A stretch of DNA of 63,957 nt, the filler included, from Thelocarpon superellum (Eukaryota): NCBI GenBank assembly GCA_026025795.1. It is 3 parts of 3 records of this genome, joined end to end, with 100 filler letters (N's around TTAATTAATTAA, not from the genome) between each part and the next. Parts side by side here need not be neighbours in the genome. Positions count along the whole stretch, not along the records: positions 43,766 to 63,957 come from JAPEUG010000329.1; 2 more parts are not named here. One strand, 5' to 3'. The translations under genes and the position numbers were made by a program. Numbering within the stretch: the first letter of the stretch is position 1; the number at the start of each line of letters is the position of its first letter. The notes beneath the pieces are model-generated. The model was not told the DNA's origin. It did not search any database and saw only the letters and a program-made list of their open reading frames with translations. This document shows positions 63,868-63,957 of the stretch, piece by piece.

Positions 63868-63957
63868 GAGAGGAGAGAGGAAAGGATGGTAGACGAAGGA
63901 GAGGACGTGCGCTTCTTCTGTAATATCCTCAGCTAGTAAAACATTTCATGTTCACAC

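Overview
GC-rich, intron-containing genomic DNA from a filamentous ascomycete (Pezizomycotina-type GT..CTRAC..AG introns), broken by two 100-nt scaffold gaps carrying an artificial TTAATTAATTAA spacer. About 17 conserved genes can be reconstructed by hand: velvet regulator velB, a FAR-17a/AIG1-like membrane protein, a PTH11-like rhodopsin-domain protein, a LYAR zinc-finger protein, ERV2, a branched-chain aminotransferase, a Dnt1/Net1-like nucleolar protein, bem46 (cut by a gap), proteasome beta1 (PRE3), a Pho80/PCL6-7 cyclin, ATP11, two Zn2Cys6 factors, an ABCB/MDR transporter, a peroxisomal acyl-CoA ligase, malic enzyme and a BPI/HAM1-like protein. The most unusual parts are: (1) a terminal accessory block (~59.7-64 kb) with a tandemly duplicated TATA promoter upstream of an intact secreted Cys-rich protein that resembles an M35/deuterolysin fold but lacks HExxH, abutting a divergent pair of pseudogenes with apparent CGA>TGA stops; (2) a CpG-free, TpA-rich repeat relic whose end motif recurs in a 52-bp palindrome 32 kb away; (3) a divergent Zn2Cys6/ABC pair with PDRE-like CCGCGG sites, followed by a PTS1 acyl-CoA ligase; (4) candidate uORF and alternative-splicing switches in the cyclin and second Zn2Cys6 leaders. 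Exon boundaries are hand-inferred and family calls come from motif recognition, not database searches.
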